64,000 nt of DNA from Candidatus Cloacimonadales bacterium (lineage in GTDB: Bacteria > Cloacimonadota > Cloacimonadia > Cloacimonadales > JAFGVF01): assembly GCA_963662585.1 (NCBI GenBank), contig OY759729.1:2368001-2432000 (forward strand). Direction: 5' to 3'. A program made the position numbers and the translations under genes. Under the pieces are notes generated by a model. That model saw nothing but the letters and a program-made list of their open reading frames with translations. It made no database searches and was not told the DNA's origin. Every line of letters begins with the position of its first letter. Within the stretch, counting starts at the first letter, position 1. Of this stretch, positions 45,550 to 54,541 are shown in pieces.

Positions 45550-45611
45550 TCCTTCTTCTCACTCAATTCAAATATTCTTTGAAGTTTTTTCGAACTGAGT
45601 GAGAAGAAGGA
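45550..45611. repeat. Long intergenic inverted repeat
   Basis: TCCTTCTTCTCACTCA...TGAGTGAGAAGAAGGA. Confidence 0.7.
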
Positions 45612-45713
45612 TGGTCAGAGCATTAGGTCAAGAAGAGAGTATTGATGATAAGCACAAATAATAGCCATTAAATTAGTAAAGAAACAAAAAATAAAATAAG
45701 ATTAAAAAAAATC

Positions 45714-45750
45714 TTGACTAATTTTAGCAGTCTGAAAATATGTTTGCTAA
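45714..45750 (+). promoter_or_regulatory. groES promoter with CIRCE
   Basis: TTGACT at 45714, then TTAGCAGTC-N9-GTTTGCTAA at 45724..45750. Confidence 0.8.
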
Positions 45751-45793
45751 TAAACAGAATTTAAAAAATAATATATCAAAACGGAGGTATAAG

Positions 45794-46066
45794 ATGATAC
45801 TTAAACCTATTGACGATCGCGTAGTGATTAAATTAGATGAAAAAACTACAGAGAAAAAAGTTGGGAATTTATACATTCCTGATAGTGCAAAAGAGAAACC
45901 ACAGATGGGTGAAATCATCGCAGTTGGTAATGATGAAGAATTACAAGAAATCGTAAAAGTAGGAGATACTGTACTTTATGCTAAGTATGGTGGAAACGAA
46001 GTAGAATTAGATGGTGAGAAATTCTTAATTATTTCTCGTTCTGATATCCTGGCTATTGTGGAGTAA
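45794..46066 (+). CDS. groES: Co-chaperonin GroES
   Basis: LKPIDDRVVI, YIPDSAKEKP, VKVGD.V, KYGG.EV, DILAIV; ATG 45794 after GGAGG. Confidence 0.96.
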   Translation: MILKPIDDRVVIKLDEKTTEKKVGNLYIPDSAKEKPQMGEIIAVGNDEELQEIVKVGDTVLYAKYGGNEVELDGEKFLIISRSDILAIVE

Positions 46067-46068
46067 TT

Positions 46069-46383
46069 ATGATTGAAGTAAACGACACAAACTTTGCCGA
46101 AATCGTAGAAAAATCCGATATCCCTGTATTAGTAGACTTCTGGGCTCCTTGGTGCGGTCCTTGTAAAGCTTTAACTCCTACTATTGAGAAAATTGCTCAA
46201 GAATTAGAAGGAAAAATTAAAGTTGTAAAGGTCAATGTTGATGAATCTCCTGCAATTGCTGGTAAATTCTCAATAATGTCTATTCCTACTGTAATCTTGT
46301 TCAAAGATGGACAAGTTAAAGAACAATCTGTAGGATTAGTAAACAAAGATAAACTTCTTAAAAAGATTCAACCATATTTATAG
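46069..46383 (+). CDS. trxA: Thioredoxin
   Basis: VDFWAPWCGPCK, SIPT. Confidence 0.97.
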   Translation: MIEVNDTNFAEIVEKSDIPVLVDFWAPWCGPCKALTPTIEKIAQELEGKIKVVKVNVDESPAIAGKFSIMSIPTVILFKDGQVKEQSVGLVNKDKLLKKIQPYL

Positions 46384-46401
46384 GAGTTAATCCTATGTTA
46401 G

Positions 46402-46427
46402 AAACGCCCTCGCATGAGGGCGTTTTT
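46402..46427 (+). terminator. Terminator closing groES-trxA
   Basis: AAACGCCCTC-gcat-GAGGGCGTTTTT. Confidence 0.85.
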
Positions 46428-46939
46428 GCGTGGCGGAAAGAGCATGTTGCTCCTCACCTGATGCTATAGAGCTTTTCTAATAGGCTCATGTGTTGAAAAT
46501 GTGTTCTCTTCACAGGTTATATACTGTTGTGATTTACTGTGTTAAGCTTCAGATTGGCGATAGCTTCGTAAACAGGATTTACTAATTATACCAAAACATA
46601 AGACGATCAAGAAGCTCTGTTTAATGCGGTATTCCCGTAACCACTAACTATAAAATTACCTTTAAGAAAACTCTAAAAAGTTAACATGAGAATCTTGTCA
46701 TGTTAAGAAAACCTCAAAAAAACAGACTATTTTCTCCCAAATTGACCATTTCCCCAAAAAAGTGACCCTATCAGTGTTTGAAGGGTAGTTTTATTAATAC
46801 CAATTAAACAAATCCCCATATCAACAAAATTCTTTTCATCAATAAATTCTTGCAATAATCTAAATTTAGAGAATTTATTTGACAGTAACTTAGCATCGTT
46901 AGATAAGGTAAAAAAAGATAAATAATAAGAGGCAATACA

Positions 46940-47629
46940 ATGATATTAATATTTGATACAATAAAGAATGATGACGCATCTTTCAGATTCAGGCAAAGTA
47001 TGGCAAGAATCTTAAAAGATGATTATAAATATACATTTAAGAGAATATACAGTAATGATTTAAATCTTGATTACTCAATTTATAGTAAGTTAATAATTTC
47101 TGGTTCAGAGTTGTCTGCATCTACTCAGCATATTGAGCAACAAGAAGTTTTTAGTGTGATTAATGAGTTTATTTTTGCCGGGAAACCTGTTTTAGGTATC
47201 TGTTATGGTCATCAGATGCTTGCTCGTCTGCTCGGTGGTGATGAGTGTTGTGTTAAGGCAGAAATACCTGAATTTGGCTTCACAAAAGTTAATCTTGTCG
47301 ATAACCCACTTTTTAAGGGTATAACTTCTTCAGTATTTATGCAGTCACATTTTGATGAAGTGGTAAATCTTGATGATTCATTCAAGATAATAGCATCTAA
47401 TGACAATGTTAAAATTCAAGCTTTTCAGTGGCAAGATTATCCAGTCTGGGGTCTTCAATTCCATCCTGAACTCAATTGGGAAGAGGGAAGTAAGATGTTA
47501 GAGAGAAACTTGAAAGAAGATAAGAGAGTTGCTGAGTATGCTAATTATGATTGTGAGGATCCTAAGGAAGCAAATCAATCTGAATTAATTATATTGAACT
47601 TTTGCAAGTTGGAGGAAAGAAATGTCTAG
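46940..47629 (+). CDS. Type 1 glutamine amidotransferase (GMP-synthase-like)
   Basis: IISGS, LGICYGHQ, SHFD.V, GLQFHPE catalytic triad. Confidence 0.9.
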   Translation: MILIFDTIKNDDASFRFRQSMARILKDDYKYTFKRIYSNDLNLDYSIYSKLIISGSELSASTQHIEQQEVFSVINEFIFAGKPVLGICYGHQMLARLLGGDECCVKAEIPEFGFTKVNLVDNPLFKGITSSVFMQSHFDEVVNLDDSFKIIASNDNVKIQAFQWQDYPVWGLQFHPELNWEEGSKMLERNLKEDKRVAEYANYDCEDPKEANQSELIILNFCKLEERNV

Positions 47630-50021
47630 TAAGAATAGGGAAGAGATAAAAAGTAAGAAGATTAGAGCTACTTCAGAGGACTTAACAGATAATTTAATTA
47701 ATAAAAACTGGGTGGGAATTGGGATAATAATTCTCTTTCTTTCCATATCCTTTTTTAAGCTCGGTTTCTTAGGATATGAACCTATTGCTCATGATACTAA
47801 TCAATGGCGATATACTGCAAATGAATCTATTGAATACAACAAGACTCATTCTGATCCAGCTCTGTGGAATAGTAATATCTTCTCTGGAATGCCTAACTAC
47901 CTAATCAGCTTCCCGACCAAATACCCTTATGTAAATAATGCTATAATGGCCATTAATTCTGTGATTAACTGGAAGCTTTCTTTCCTAATCCTAGGTGCTT
48001 TAGGAGCTTTTTTCTTGCTAAGATATTTAAAAATAGGAGTGATAAGTTCAACTATAATGGGAATTGCCTTTGCGATATCCTCCCACTTCATTGCCTTAAT
48101 AGAGATGGGACATAATACCAAGTTTCAAGCTATAATGATTCTTCCCTGGTTATTATACGCATTTATTTATATAAAGGAGAAGAGAAATTTATTGGGTTTA
48201 GGTTTTTTCTCAGTAGCGATGATTACTGAACTACGCTTAAATCACTTACAGATAACTTATTATTTATTTCTTTTTTTAGGAATATTCTGGATATATGAAT
48301 TAGTTTCAGCACTTAAGAAAAGAGAATACAAACCATTCCTTATCTTCACTCTATTATTAATCTTAGGAGTAGGTATTTCAGCCTTGGCAGTAGCAAATCC
48401 ACATCTTTCTAATATGGAATATGCCCATTACTCTATAAGAGGAGGAGAGACAGGATTAACTAAAGAATATGCCCAGGGTTGGTCTATGCATCCTCTTGAG
48501 TTGATTTCATTAGTTTTCCCTAATTTCTTTGGAGGAATTAACCAAGACTACTGGGGGTGGATGTCTTTTACTCAAGCCTACCACTATACAGGTGTGATTA
48601 TACTTCTTTTGGCTATATTGGGATTCCTTTTATCCAAAAGAAAATATGCTAAAATATTTGGAATCGGAGTTTTAGCTGCTGTAATAATGTCTTTCGGAAA
48701 ATATTTTCCTCTTTTCTCAAACTTCTTACATGATTATTTACCAGGATTTAATAAATTCAGAGTTCCAGCAACTCATTTAGTGATAGCTCAATTACTACTC
48801 ATTCCTTTAGCTGCCATCGGTATAGGAGAAATTCTTAAGATGGTAAATGATGAGAAGTTTGCCAAAACAATGAGAATTGGCTTAATAGTAGTGATTGCTC
48901 TTTTTGTCTTTAACCTAGTGGGCGGAGAATCACTTTTCTCAGGTATGAATTTCACTTCTGAAGGTGAAATGGCTCAATGGCAACAGTATGCTGGAAATCC
49001 TCAACTGCAAAAGCATATAGATAATTTAAAAGCAGAGAGATTAATCTTAACAGTAAACTCTGTTCGTAATGGCTTATTTTTCTTAGCCTTAGGCTTCGGA
49101 TTAATCTTCTTCTATACTAAGAGAATGATAAGAAAAAACATATTTATAATTCTTATAGGTATTTTTATGCTATCTGATTTAATGCTAGTTAATAGTGCCT
49201 ACTTTAAGACCCTTTATCCTGGAAAAGAGAATAAGGAGTTGGCAATGAATTCTATTGATAAATATTTAAAAACTAGTCAGCCTACTGGTACTTACCGTGT
49301 TTTCTCTTTTGATAATGTAAATGATGTTTCTTGGGCAGCTCACCTGCAGATAATTGGTGGTTACCATGGAGCTAAACTTTTACGCTATAATGATGTACTT
49401 AATAATGCTATGAATCTCAATGTTATTAACATGCTTAACGCTAAATATATAATATCTAAAGAGAATATTGGGCAGACTCCCCTTGTAACCATGAAAAAAG
49501 GAAGTGATCTTGTAGGACTTTATCTTAATCCTGATGCTTTAGATAGGGCATGGTTTGTGCAAAACTTAAAAATCTTAGAAACTAAAGACCAAAGAATTTC
49601 TTTTATGAACAGTAATCAATTCAGACCTCGTAATGTAGCTATTGTAGAGAGTGATTTAGGATTTACAGGAGAGTTAGGACAAGGTGTTGTTGAACAAATT
49701 CCGCAAGAAGATTACATGCATAAAGTAGCCTTTTCTGTTAAGAACTTAGATAAAGATGGATTTATGGTAATCAGTGAAACTTACTATCCGGCAGGTTGGA
49801 AAGCTTTTGTAGATGGCTTTGAAACTGAAATCTATCCTGTTGATCATATTCTTAGGGGAATAAAAGTTCCTGCAGGAACAAAAGAAGTGGAGATGATATT
49901 TGCTCCTGAAAGCTATTATCTCAGTACTAAGTTGTCTTTAGCAGGCATTCTTCTTTCTATCTTAATCTTATTATCAGGTATCTATCTTGATTATTTCCGA
50001 AAGAGAAAGCAATTTGCTTAA
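47622..50021 (+). CDS. YfhO-family polytopic membrane protein (putative GT-C glycosyltransferase)
   Basis: LWNSNIFSGMP, HLQITYY, FNKFRVP, GGYHGAKL, SETYYPAGWKA; many TM helices. Confidence 0.8.
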   Translation: MSSKNREEIKSKKIRATSEDLTDNLINKNWVGIGIIILFLSISFFKLGFLGYEPIAHDTNQWRYTANESIEYNKTHSDPALWNSNIFSGMPNYLISFPTKYPYVNNAIMAINSVINWKLSFLILGALGAFFLLRYLKIGVISSTIMGIAFAISSHFIALIEMGHNTKFQAIMILPWLLYAFIYIKEKRNLLGLGFFSVAMITELRLNHLQITYYLFLFLGIFWIYELVSALKKREYKPFLIFTLLLILGVGISALAVANPHLSNMEYAHYSIRGGETGLTKEYAQGWSMHPLELISLVFPNFFGGINQDYWGWMSFTQAYHYTGVIILLLAILGFLLSKRKYAKIFGIGVLAAVIMSFGKYFPLFSNFLHDYLPGFNKFRVPATHLVIAQLLLIPLAAIGIGEILKMVNDEKFAKTMRIGLIVVIALFVFNLVGGESLFSGMNFTSEGEMAQWQQYAGNPQLQKHIDNLKAERLILTVNSVRNGLFFLALGFGLIFFYTKRMIRKNIFIILIGIFMLSDLMLVNSAYFKTLYPGKENKELAMNSIDKYLKTSQPTGTYRVFSFDNVNDVSWAAHLQIIGGYHGAKLLRYNDVLNNAMNLNVINMLNAKYIISKENIGQTPLVTMKKGSDLVGLYLNPDALDRAWFVQNLKILETKDQRISFMNSNQFRPRNVAIVESDLGFTGELGQGVVEQIPQEDYMHKVAFSVKNLDKDGFMVISETYYPAGWKAFVDGFETEIYPVDHILRGIKVPAGTKEVEMIFAPESYYLSTKLSLAGILLSILILLSGIYLDYFRKRKQFA

Positions 50022-50982
50022 GCTAAAATCTCACTACTACCGAGATTACAGTTCTGATTTAGAAGAAGCTCTGCAATCTGGCTTAGGAGATTCGCATCGT
50101 ATTACTGTAGGGAAAGAGATTCCAAGTGATATAGATGTGCTTATTCTGGCTTATCCAACTGAAGATAAGCTTAATATCTCACCTTATCTCAAGTCTCTTG
50201 TTATTCCCTTTGTAGGGATTCCTGATTCTACTAAAAAGATTATGAAAGAATATCCTCATATAAAGGTAGTGAATATTCACCATAATTCTCGTCCTGTGGC
50301 AGAGTGGGTTATGGCCTTCCTCCAAGCTGGACTCAAGCATATTATTCAGGCTGACAGGGAATTTAGGAAGCATGATTGGTCTCTTAGATATGATAATAAC
50401 CCTTCATCACTTTTATACCAAAAAAGAGTTCTTATCTGCGGTTATGGCCATATTGGTAAGTTACTTGAAACTTATTTGCTTCCTTATGAAGTAACTATTG
50501 ATAAGATTAAAAGAAGTAATATTGATCCTGAAGCAGGAGTTTATTCTCTTGCTGATTTAAATAGAATCGTTGGCGATTATGATGTTGTGATTGACCTCTT
50601 ACCGGCAACTGCTGAAACTGTAAATATCTTCAATCACCAAACTTTCCAGGCTATGAAGCCTAATTGTTTCTTTATCAATGTTGGACGAGCTTCCACTGTT
50701 AATGAAGAAGCTCTTTTCACAACTCTAAAAGAGCGAAAAATCTTAGGAGCAGCCTTAGATGTATGGTACAATTATCCTGTTACTCTTGAGGAAAGAAAAA
50801 ATACATGCCCAACTAATTTACCCTTTCATACTTTAGATAATTTAATTATGAGTCCTCATCGAGCAGGTGGCTTAGGTATGGCTGAAAACGAGATGTTTAG
50901 GGTAGATGAATTAACTAAACTGCTCAAAAGGATAGAAGTTAATCCTGACTTACCTGGGTTGGATTTAGTGATTGGCTATTAA
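50014..50982 (+). CDS. D-isomer-specific 2-hydroxyacid dehydrogenase family protein
   Basis: VAE, GYGHIG, INVGRA, AALDVW, SPHRAG; start uncertain (49987 or 50014). Confidence 0.88.
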   Translation: MLKLKSHYYRDYSSDLEEALQSGLGDSHRITVGKEIPSDIDVLILAYPTEDKLNISPYLKSLVIPFVGIPDSTKKIMKEYPHIKVVNIHHNSRPVAEWVMAFLQAGLKHIIQADREFRKHDWSLRYDNNPSSLLYQKRVLICGYGHIGKLLETYLLPYEVTIDKIKRSNIDPEAGVYSLADLNRIVGDYDVVIDLLPATAETVNIFNHQTFQAMKPNCFFINVGRASTVNEEALFTTLKERKILGAALDVWYNYPVTLEERKNTCPTNLPFHTLDNLIMSPHRAGGLGMAENEMFRVDELTKLLKRIEVNPDLPGLDLVIGY

Positions 50983-51019
50983 GAAGCTTTTTACACTAGT
51001 TAACATGAATTAAGAAAAG

Positions 51020-51290
51020 AGTGAAGACCTTTTCAGTCGGACGGTGGAGATTCTCTCCGCCCCAGGTTAAGAAGAATTTTCAGAAGTCTTCGCATAAGCC
51101 AGGCGAATAAAGATAAGAAAGATTTGGTCTACTGATTACACAGATTTCACTGATTTTAAGGACAAAGAGTGAAGACCTCTTAAACTCCCCTCTTAAGTGC
51201 TGAAAGCACGCAAAAGAGGGGTGGCATCGAAAGATGACGGGGTGTTTCTTAATGCTCCATAGGAGCTAACTCCTTGTAGAACGATAGCAT
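51020..51290. repeat. Intergenic cluster of REP-like elements
   Basis: CAGTCGGACGGTGGAGATTCTCTCCGCC (cf. 25214 and reverse 19160); ACTGATTACACAGATTTCACTGAT (reverse cf. 16559); CCCCTCTTAAGTGCTGAAAGCACGCAAAAGAGGGG (cf. 19263). Confidence 0.75.
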
Positions 51291-51365
51291 TCCTCAAAAA
51301 GTGGTTGGACCCACTGGGGAGAAGCGATAACACCCAATAAGTGGGAACTTGTCACGGAGAAAATA

Positions 51366-52640
51366 ATGACCGATAATAGACCTTTAGCAGAGTTAATGAG
51401 ACCCCAGAAGATTGATGAGATAATAGGACAAAAGCATTTAATTAATCAAGATTCTATGTTGCGTAAAATGATAGAAAATGATGATTTGAAATCTATGATT
51501 CTATGGGGACCTCCAGGCTGTGGGAAAACTACCATTGCTAAAATTATCGAAAACTATACCCATAAAGAGTTCATCCAATTCTCTGCTGTTTTATCTGGTA
51601 TTAAAGAAGTTAAGCAGGTAATGCAAGAGGCAGAAATGAAATTCAATCTTACACAAGAACAGACAATTCTCTTCATTGATGAGATTCATAGATTCAGTAA
51701 ATCTCAACAAGACGCCTTTCTTCCTTTCGTAGAATCTGGTACCATTATTCTTTTGGGAGCTACTACAGAAAACCCTTCATTTGAAGTAATTTCTGCTCTT
51801 CTCTCTCGCTGTAGTGTCTTTGTCTTAAATAACCTTGAAGAAGAAGATATAAGAGAAATTATTATCAAGGCACAAGAATTATATCTTCCTGAATTAAAGT
51901 CAGAAGTATTAGAATATCTTATTCAGATTAGTGGAGGAGATGGACGCAAAGCTCTAAATAACTTAGATATGCTTCGTACTTATGGTAATCTGGATAATTT
52001 AGAAGTCACTCAAGTAGAGAAGATACTACAACAGAAGAGTATGTTCTATGATAAAGGTGGGGAAGAGCATTATAATGTAATTTCAGCTTTGCATAAATCA
52101 TTAAGAGGAAGTGATCCTCAAGCTGGACTCTACTGGTTAGCTAGAATGTTAGAAGCTGGTGATGATCCCATGTATATAGTCCGTAGATTAGTAAGATTCG
52201 CTACTGAAGATATTGGTTTGGCAGACCCTAATGCTATTACTCAAGCTATTGCTTGCAAAGATGCTGTTCACTTTCTTGGTATGCCCGAAGCTAATACTGC
52301 TCTATCACAGTTAGTAGTTTATCTAGCAACTGCACCCAAGAGTAACGCGGTTTATACAGCTTATAAATCAGCCCGAGATTTAGCCAAAAACACCTCTCAT
52401 CTTGGAGTTCCAATGCATATCCGTAATGCCCCTACTAAATTGATGAAAGATCTTGGCTATAATAAAGATTATAAATATTCCCATGACTTCGATTATGGCT
52501 ATCACTATCAGAAATATTTCCCTGACCAATTAGATGAAACAACTTTCTATACTCCTTCGCAATTTGGTTTTGAGAAAGAGATTATTAAGAGATTAGAATG
52601 GTGGGATAAGCTAAAGAAGAAACAGCTGGGGGATGATTAG
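51366..52640 (+). CDS. rarA: Replication-associated recombination protein A
   Basis: [47 protein letters not shown]. Confidence 0.96.
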   Translation: MTDNRPLAELMRPQKIDEIIGQKHLINQDSMLRKMIENDDLKSMILWGPPGCGKTTIAKIIENYTHKEFIQFSAVLSGIKEVKQVMQEAEMKFNLTQEQTILFIDEIHRFSKSQQDAFLPFVESGTIILLGATTENPSFEVISALLSRCSVFVLNNLEEEDIREIIIKAQELYLPELKSEVLEYLIQISGGDGRKALNNLDMLRTYGNLDNLEVTQVEKILQQKSMFYDKGGEEHYNVISALHKSLRGSDPQAGLYWLARMLEAGDDPMYIVRRLVRFATEDIGLADPNAITQAIACKDAVHFLGMPEANTALSQLVVYLATAPKSNAVYTAYKSARDLAKNTSHLGVPMHIRNAPTKLMKDLGYNKDYKYSHDFDYGYHYQKYFPDQLDETTFYTPSQFGFEKEIIKRLEWWDKLKKKQLGDD

Positions 52641-52729
52641 TAAAAAAAAAGCTTGCCTTTTAAATATGGATTTAGAAAACTTACATGTCAAAAACTTATA
52701 AAATTTAATATAAAATAAAAGGAGATGCT

Positions 52730-54283
52730 ATGTCAGCTACCTTACAGAAAATTCAAGAGTTGAAAGCACTTGAAGCAAAAGTAGAAAAAATGGGTGGTGA
52801 TGCTCAAGTCGCCAAACAACATGCAAGTGGAAAGTTAACAGCGAGAGAGAGAATTAATCTCTTGTTTGACCAAGGAACTTTTAGAGAAATTGATAAATTT
52901 GTTACTCATCGTTGCACTAATTTCGGAATGCAAAAAGTAGATATTCCGTCTGATGGTGTAATCACAGGTCATGGTTTAGTAAATGGCAGACCTGTATTTG
53001 CTTATTCTCAAGATTTTACAGCAAGAGCGGGTTCTCTTGGTGAGATGCATGCTGCTAAAATTACAAAAGTAATGGATATGGCAATGAAATCAGGTGTTCC
53101 TGTTGTGGGTATGAATGATTCTGGTGGAGCTAGAATCCAAGAAGGAATAGATGCTTTAAAAGGTTATGGCGATATCTTCTTTAGAAACTCTAGAGCTTCT
53201 GGTGTTATCCCTCAAATCTCTTGTATAATGGGACCTTGTGCAGGTGGAGCTGTATATTCTCCTGCCATGACAGACTTTATTTATATGGTTAAAAACTCTT
53301 CTTTCATGTTTATTACTGGTCCAGATGTCATTAAAGCTGTTACTGGTGAAATGACTGATAAAGAGAGCTTAGGTGGAGCTATGGCTCATAATGAATCAAG
53401 TGGTGTTGCTCATTTCGCTTGTGAAACTGACGAAGCTGCAATTAATAGTATCAAAGAGTTATTAAGTTTTCTTCCTAATAATAATATGGAAGAAGCCCCA
53501 ATGGTGGCAACTTCAGATGCTCCAAACAGAATTTGTGAAGACTTAAATTCTATTATTCCTGATAATCCAAGCAAACCTTATGATGTTAAGGATATTATTA
53601 GAAGTATTGCTGATGATGCACATTTCTATGAACCACATGAATATTATGCTAAGAATATTGTTATTGGATTTGTCAGACTTAATGGTCGTTCAGTTGGTAT
53701 TATAGCTAATCAACCAATGGTTCTTGCTGGCTGTCTTGATATCGATGCTTCAGACAAAGCTTCTCGCTTTATTAGATTCTGTGATGCTTTTAATATCCCA
53801 ATTCTCTCTATTGTTGATGTTCCAGGCTATTTACCTGGTGTTCATCAAGAGCACAGTGGTATTATCAGACATGGTGCTAAATTACTTTGGGTATATTCTG
53901 AAGCTACAGTACCAAAATTAACTTTAGTAACTAGAAAGAATTATGGTGGTTCTTATATAGCTATGAGTTCAAGACACTTAGGTGCAGATATGGTCTTTGC
54001 TTGGCCAACTGCTGAAATAGCTGTGATGGGTGCTAAAGGTGCTGCTAATATTATCTATAGAAAAGATATTATGAATGCAGAAGACCAAAATGCTAAGAGA
54101 GCTGAGTGTATTAATGAGTATGAAGAACTTTTTAATAACCCTTTCGTAGCTGCTTCTCGTGGTTATGTAGATGCTATTATTGAACCTAAAGAGACTAGAA
54201 TGAGACTTATCGAAGCTTTAGAAATTCTTTCAACCAAGAGTGAATCACTTCCTCCTAAAAAACACGGTAATTTACCAGTATAA
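52730..54283 (+). CDS. Methylmalonyl-/propionyl-CoA carboxyltransferase (12S-like subunit)
   Basis: GKLTARERI, DSGGARIQEG, GPCAGGAVYSPA, RFIRFCDAFNIP, KKHGNLP. Confidence 0.95.
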   Translation: MSATLQKIQELKALEAKVEKMGGDAQVAKQHASGKLTARERINLLFDQGTFREIDKFVTHRCTNFGMQKVDIPSDGVITGHGLVNGRPVFAYSQDFTARAGSLGEMHAAKITKVMDMAMKSGVPVVGMNDSGGARIQEGIDALKGYGDIFFRNSRASGVIPQISCIMGPCAGGAVYSPAMTDFIYMVKNSSFMFITGPDVIKAVTGEMTDKESLGGAMAHNESSGVAHFACETDEAAINSIKELLSFLPNNNMEEAPMVATSDAPNRICEDLNSIIPDNPSKPYDVKDIIRSIADDAHFYEPHEYYAKNIVIGFVRLNGRSVGIIANQPMVLAGCLDIDASDKASRFIRFCDAFNIPILSIVDVPGYLPGVHQEHSGIIRHGAKLLWVYSEATVPKLTLVTRKNYGGSYIAMSSRHLGADMVFAWPTAEIAVMGAKGAANIIYRKDIMNAEDQNAKRAECINEYEELFNNPFVAASRGYVDAIIEPKETRMRLIEALEILSTKSESLPPKKHGNLPV

Positions 54284-54293
54284 AGAGGTATGA

Positions 54294-54491
54294 ATGAATT
54301 CTGAGAAAAAGAAAAAAGTCATTGCTGCTTTAAGTGGAGTTATGCAATATTTAGAAGAAGAAAAACAAGAGAACATTAGCATGCAGAGTGTTCAAATTCC
54401 GCATAATGTCTCTTCTGCTTGGACTTCTTATGGCAGACAAACTACAATGATGAATGCTCAAATGATGCAAAGAAGAGTTGTAAGAAGATAG
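54294..54491 (+). CDS. Small accessory subunit of the acyl-CoA carboxyltransferase complex
   Basis: 65 aa with GAGG RBS, between the 12S- and 5S-like genes; 'AALSGV..YL' and 'SAW...GR' pattern. Confidence 0.65.
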   Translation: MNSEKKKKVIAALSGVMQYLEEEKQENISMQSVQIPHNVSSAWTSYGRQTTMMNAQMMQRRVVRR

Positions 54492-54541
54492 ATTTTAATA
54501 AAATATAGTAAAAAATAAAAGATATATAGATCGGAGGATTT

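Noticed and set aside
45740..45793. N-terminal extension of GroES in the ORF track
   Set aside because: It overlaps the CIRCE/promoter; the RBS supports ATG 45794.
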